DNA of 63,485 bases, filler included, from Octopus bimaculoides (Eukaryota), in assembly GCF_001194135.2 (NCBI RefSeq). It is 6 parts of 5 records of this genome, joined end to end, with 100 filler letters (N's around TTAATTAATTAA, not from the genome) between each part and the next. Parts side by side here need not be neighbours in the genome. Positions count along the whole stretch, not along the records: positions 61,710 to 63,485 come from NC_068989.1; 5 more parts are not named here. One strand, given 5' to 3'. The position numbers and the translations under genes were made by a program. Positions 62,440-63,485 of this stretch are shown here, piece by piece. Every line of letters starts with the position of its first letter. Positions within the stretch are counted from its first letter, which is position 1. Under the pieces are notes generated by a model. It worked only from the letters and a program-made list of their open reading frames with translations, ran no database searches and had not been told where the DNA came from.

Positions 62440-62870
62440 AAAGGGTTGGTCGGAGTATCGGACAAAATGCTTAGTGTTATTTCTTTTAGCACTTCATTAT
62501 CTCAGTTCAAATTCACCGCGGACGACTTCGCCTTTCATCCATTCAAGGTCAATGAAAGAAATACCAGTTGAGCACTGATGGCGCCGTCATCGACTAAATT
62601 TCAGGTTTTTTCTAATGGTAGAAATGATCATAGGCTTGCTGAAGGTAGCGATCTGGTAGAATCGTTAGGGACTTCGGACAAAATAAAATGCTTAGTGGAA
62701 ATTATTCGGGCGCTTTACGTTCTGAGATCAAATTCCATTTTGGTCGGCCTTGCATTTCATCTTTTCGAAGTCAATATAATAAGTACCAGTTGAACACTGG
62801 GGTCTGCGTAATTGACCTGATCCCTCACTTAACATTGCTGGCCTTGTGTCAAAATTTGAAACCATTATAT
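62440..62870 (+). mobile_element. Two tandem degenerate family B SINEs
   Basis: Two AAAATGCTTAGTG heads (about 62463 and 62686), each followed by a core. Confidence 0.8.
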
Positions 62871-62905
62871 GCTTGTTAGAACTTGTTTAACTCAGGGATA
62901 AACAA

Positions 62906-63174
62906 CATCATCATCATCGTTCAACCAACCTATAGTTGGTCGGAAATCCATTGACAATCCCCTTCCACACTACACGGTCCTGCATTGCTGTGTTCAGATC
63001 TCTAGTATCCAGCCCTGAGTCCCGAGATATCGTATGTGAAAATGTCAGTTTCCTGGAGAAAACACTTCCAGAGAGATTCTATGGGAGCAGGGATGAGATA
63101 ACCTCTTTCTCTGCTGGACAGTGGCCAGCAAACTGTAGCCGTTTCTGCTTAAGCTTGACGGATATTGGTATCAA
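62906..63174 (-). mobile_element. 5'-truncated RTE-type LINE 3' end with (GAT)n tail
   Basis: ISVKLKQKRLQFAGHCPAEKEVISSLLP*..TISRDSGLDTRDLNTAMQDRVVWKGIV..ER** then GATGATGATG. Confidence 0.8.
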
Positions 63175-63196
63175 ATTTCTGTTTATTGATACCAAT

Positions 63197-63485
63197 TGTT
63201 GTTGTTGGCACTCCGTCGCTTACGACGTCGAGGGTTCCAGTTGATCCGATCAACGGAACAGCCTGCTCGTGAAATTAGCGTGCAAGTGGCTGAGCACTCC
63301 ACAGACACGTGTACCCTTAACGTAGTTCTCGGGGATATTCAGCGTGACACAATGTGACAAGGCTGACCCTTTGAATTACAGGCACAACAGAAACAGGAAG
63401 TAAGAATGAGAGAATGTTGTGTTGAAAGAGTACAGCAGGGTTCACCACCATCCCCTGCCGGAGCCTCGTGTTTTCGCTCAATAAA
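63197..63485 (-). mobile_element. Family G SINE (runs off the window end)
   Basis: Reverse complement of about 58560-58860, with a 13-bp deletion at about 63473. Confidence 0.92.

Noticed and set aside
1-63485. CRISPR arrays, rRNA or prokaryotic-type operons
   Set aside because: None seen; the repeats are microsatellites and SINEs, and the DNA is clearly eukaryotic.

Overview
Eukaryotic, AT-rich, repeat-dense genomic DNA, most likely Octopus (coleoid cephalopod). This is inferred from the tRNA-derived SINE families, dense (TA)n/(CA)n and triplet microsatellites, and Tc1/mariner, RTE, Penelope and L1-like relics. Five identical 100-nt spacers (N44-TTAATTAATTAA-N44) split the window into six independently assembled pieces, so order and orientation across them are uncertain. 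About 12 further N-gaps sit mostly at microsatellites. Nearly all supplied ORFs are artefacts of N-runs, simple repeats or decayed transposases. One real protein-coding gene is supported, on the minus strand in the 14,769-26,299 piece. Three canonical GT-AG, phase-compatible exons (24654-24542, 21907-21776, 17788-17475) splice into a divergent CUB-like domain, an S/T-rich stalk, one TM helix, a Cys/RRR juxtamembrane and a short Tyr-containing tail; its 5' exon(s) were not found. That piece is strongly CpG-depleted, as expected for gene-body methylation, and ends in a CpG-rich promoter-like patch next to a fold-back mariner. The other pieces are TE/SINE-rich intergenic DNA with several CpG-retaining unique segments carrying TALE (TGTCA), Sox and YY1-like motifs (candidate enhancers). 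No rRNA, functional tRNA or CRISPR array was seen.
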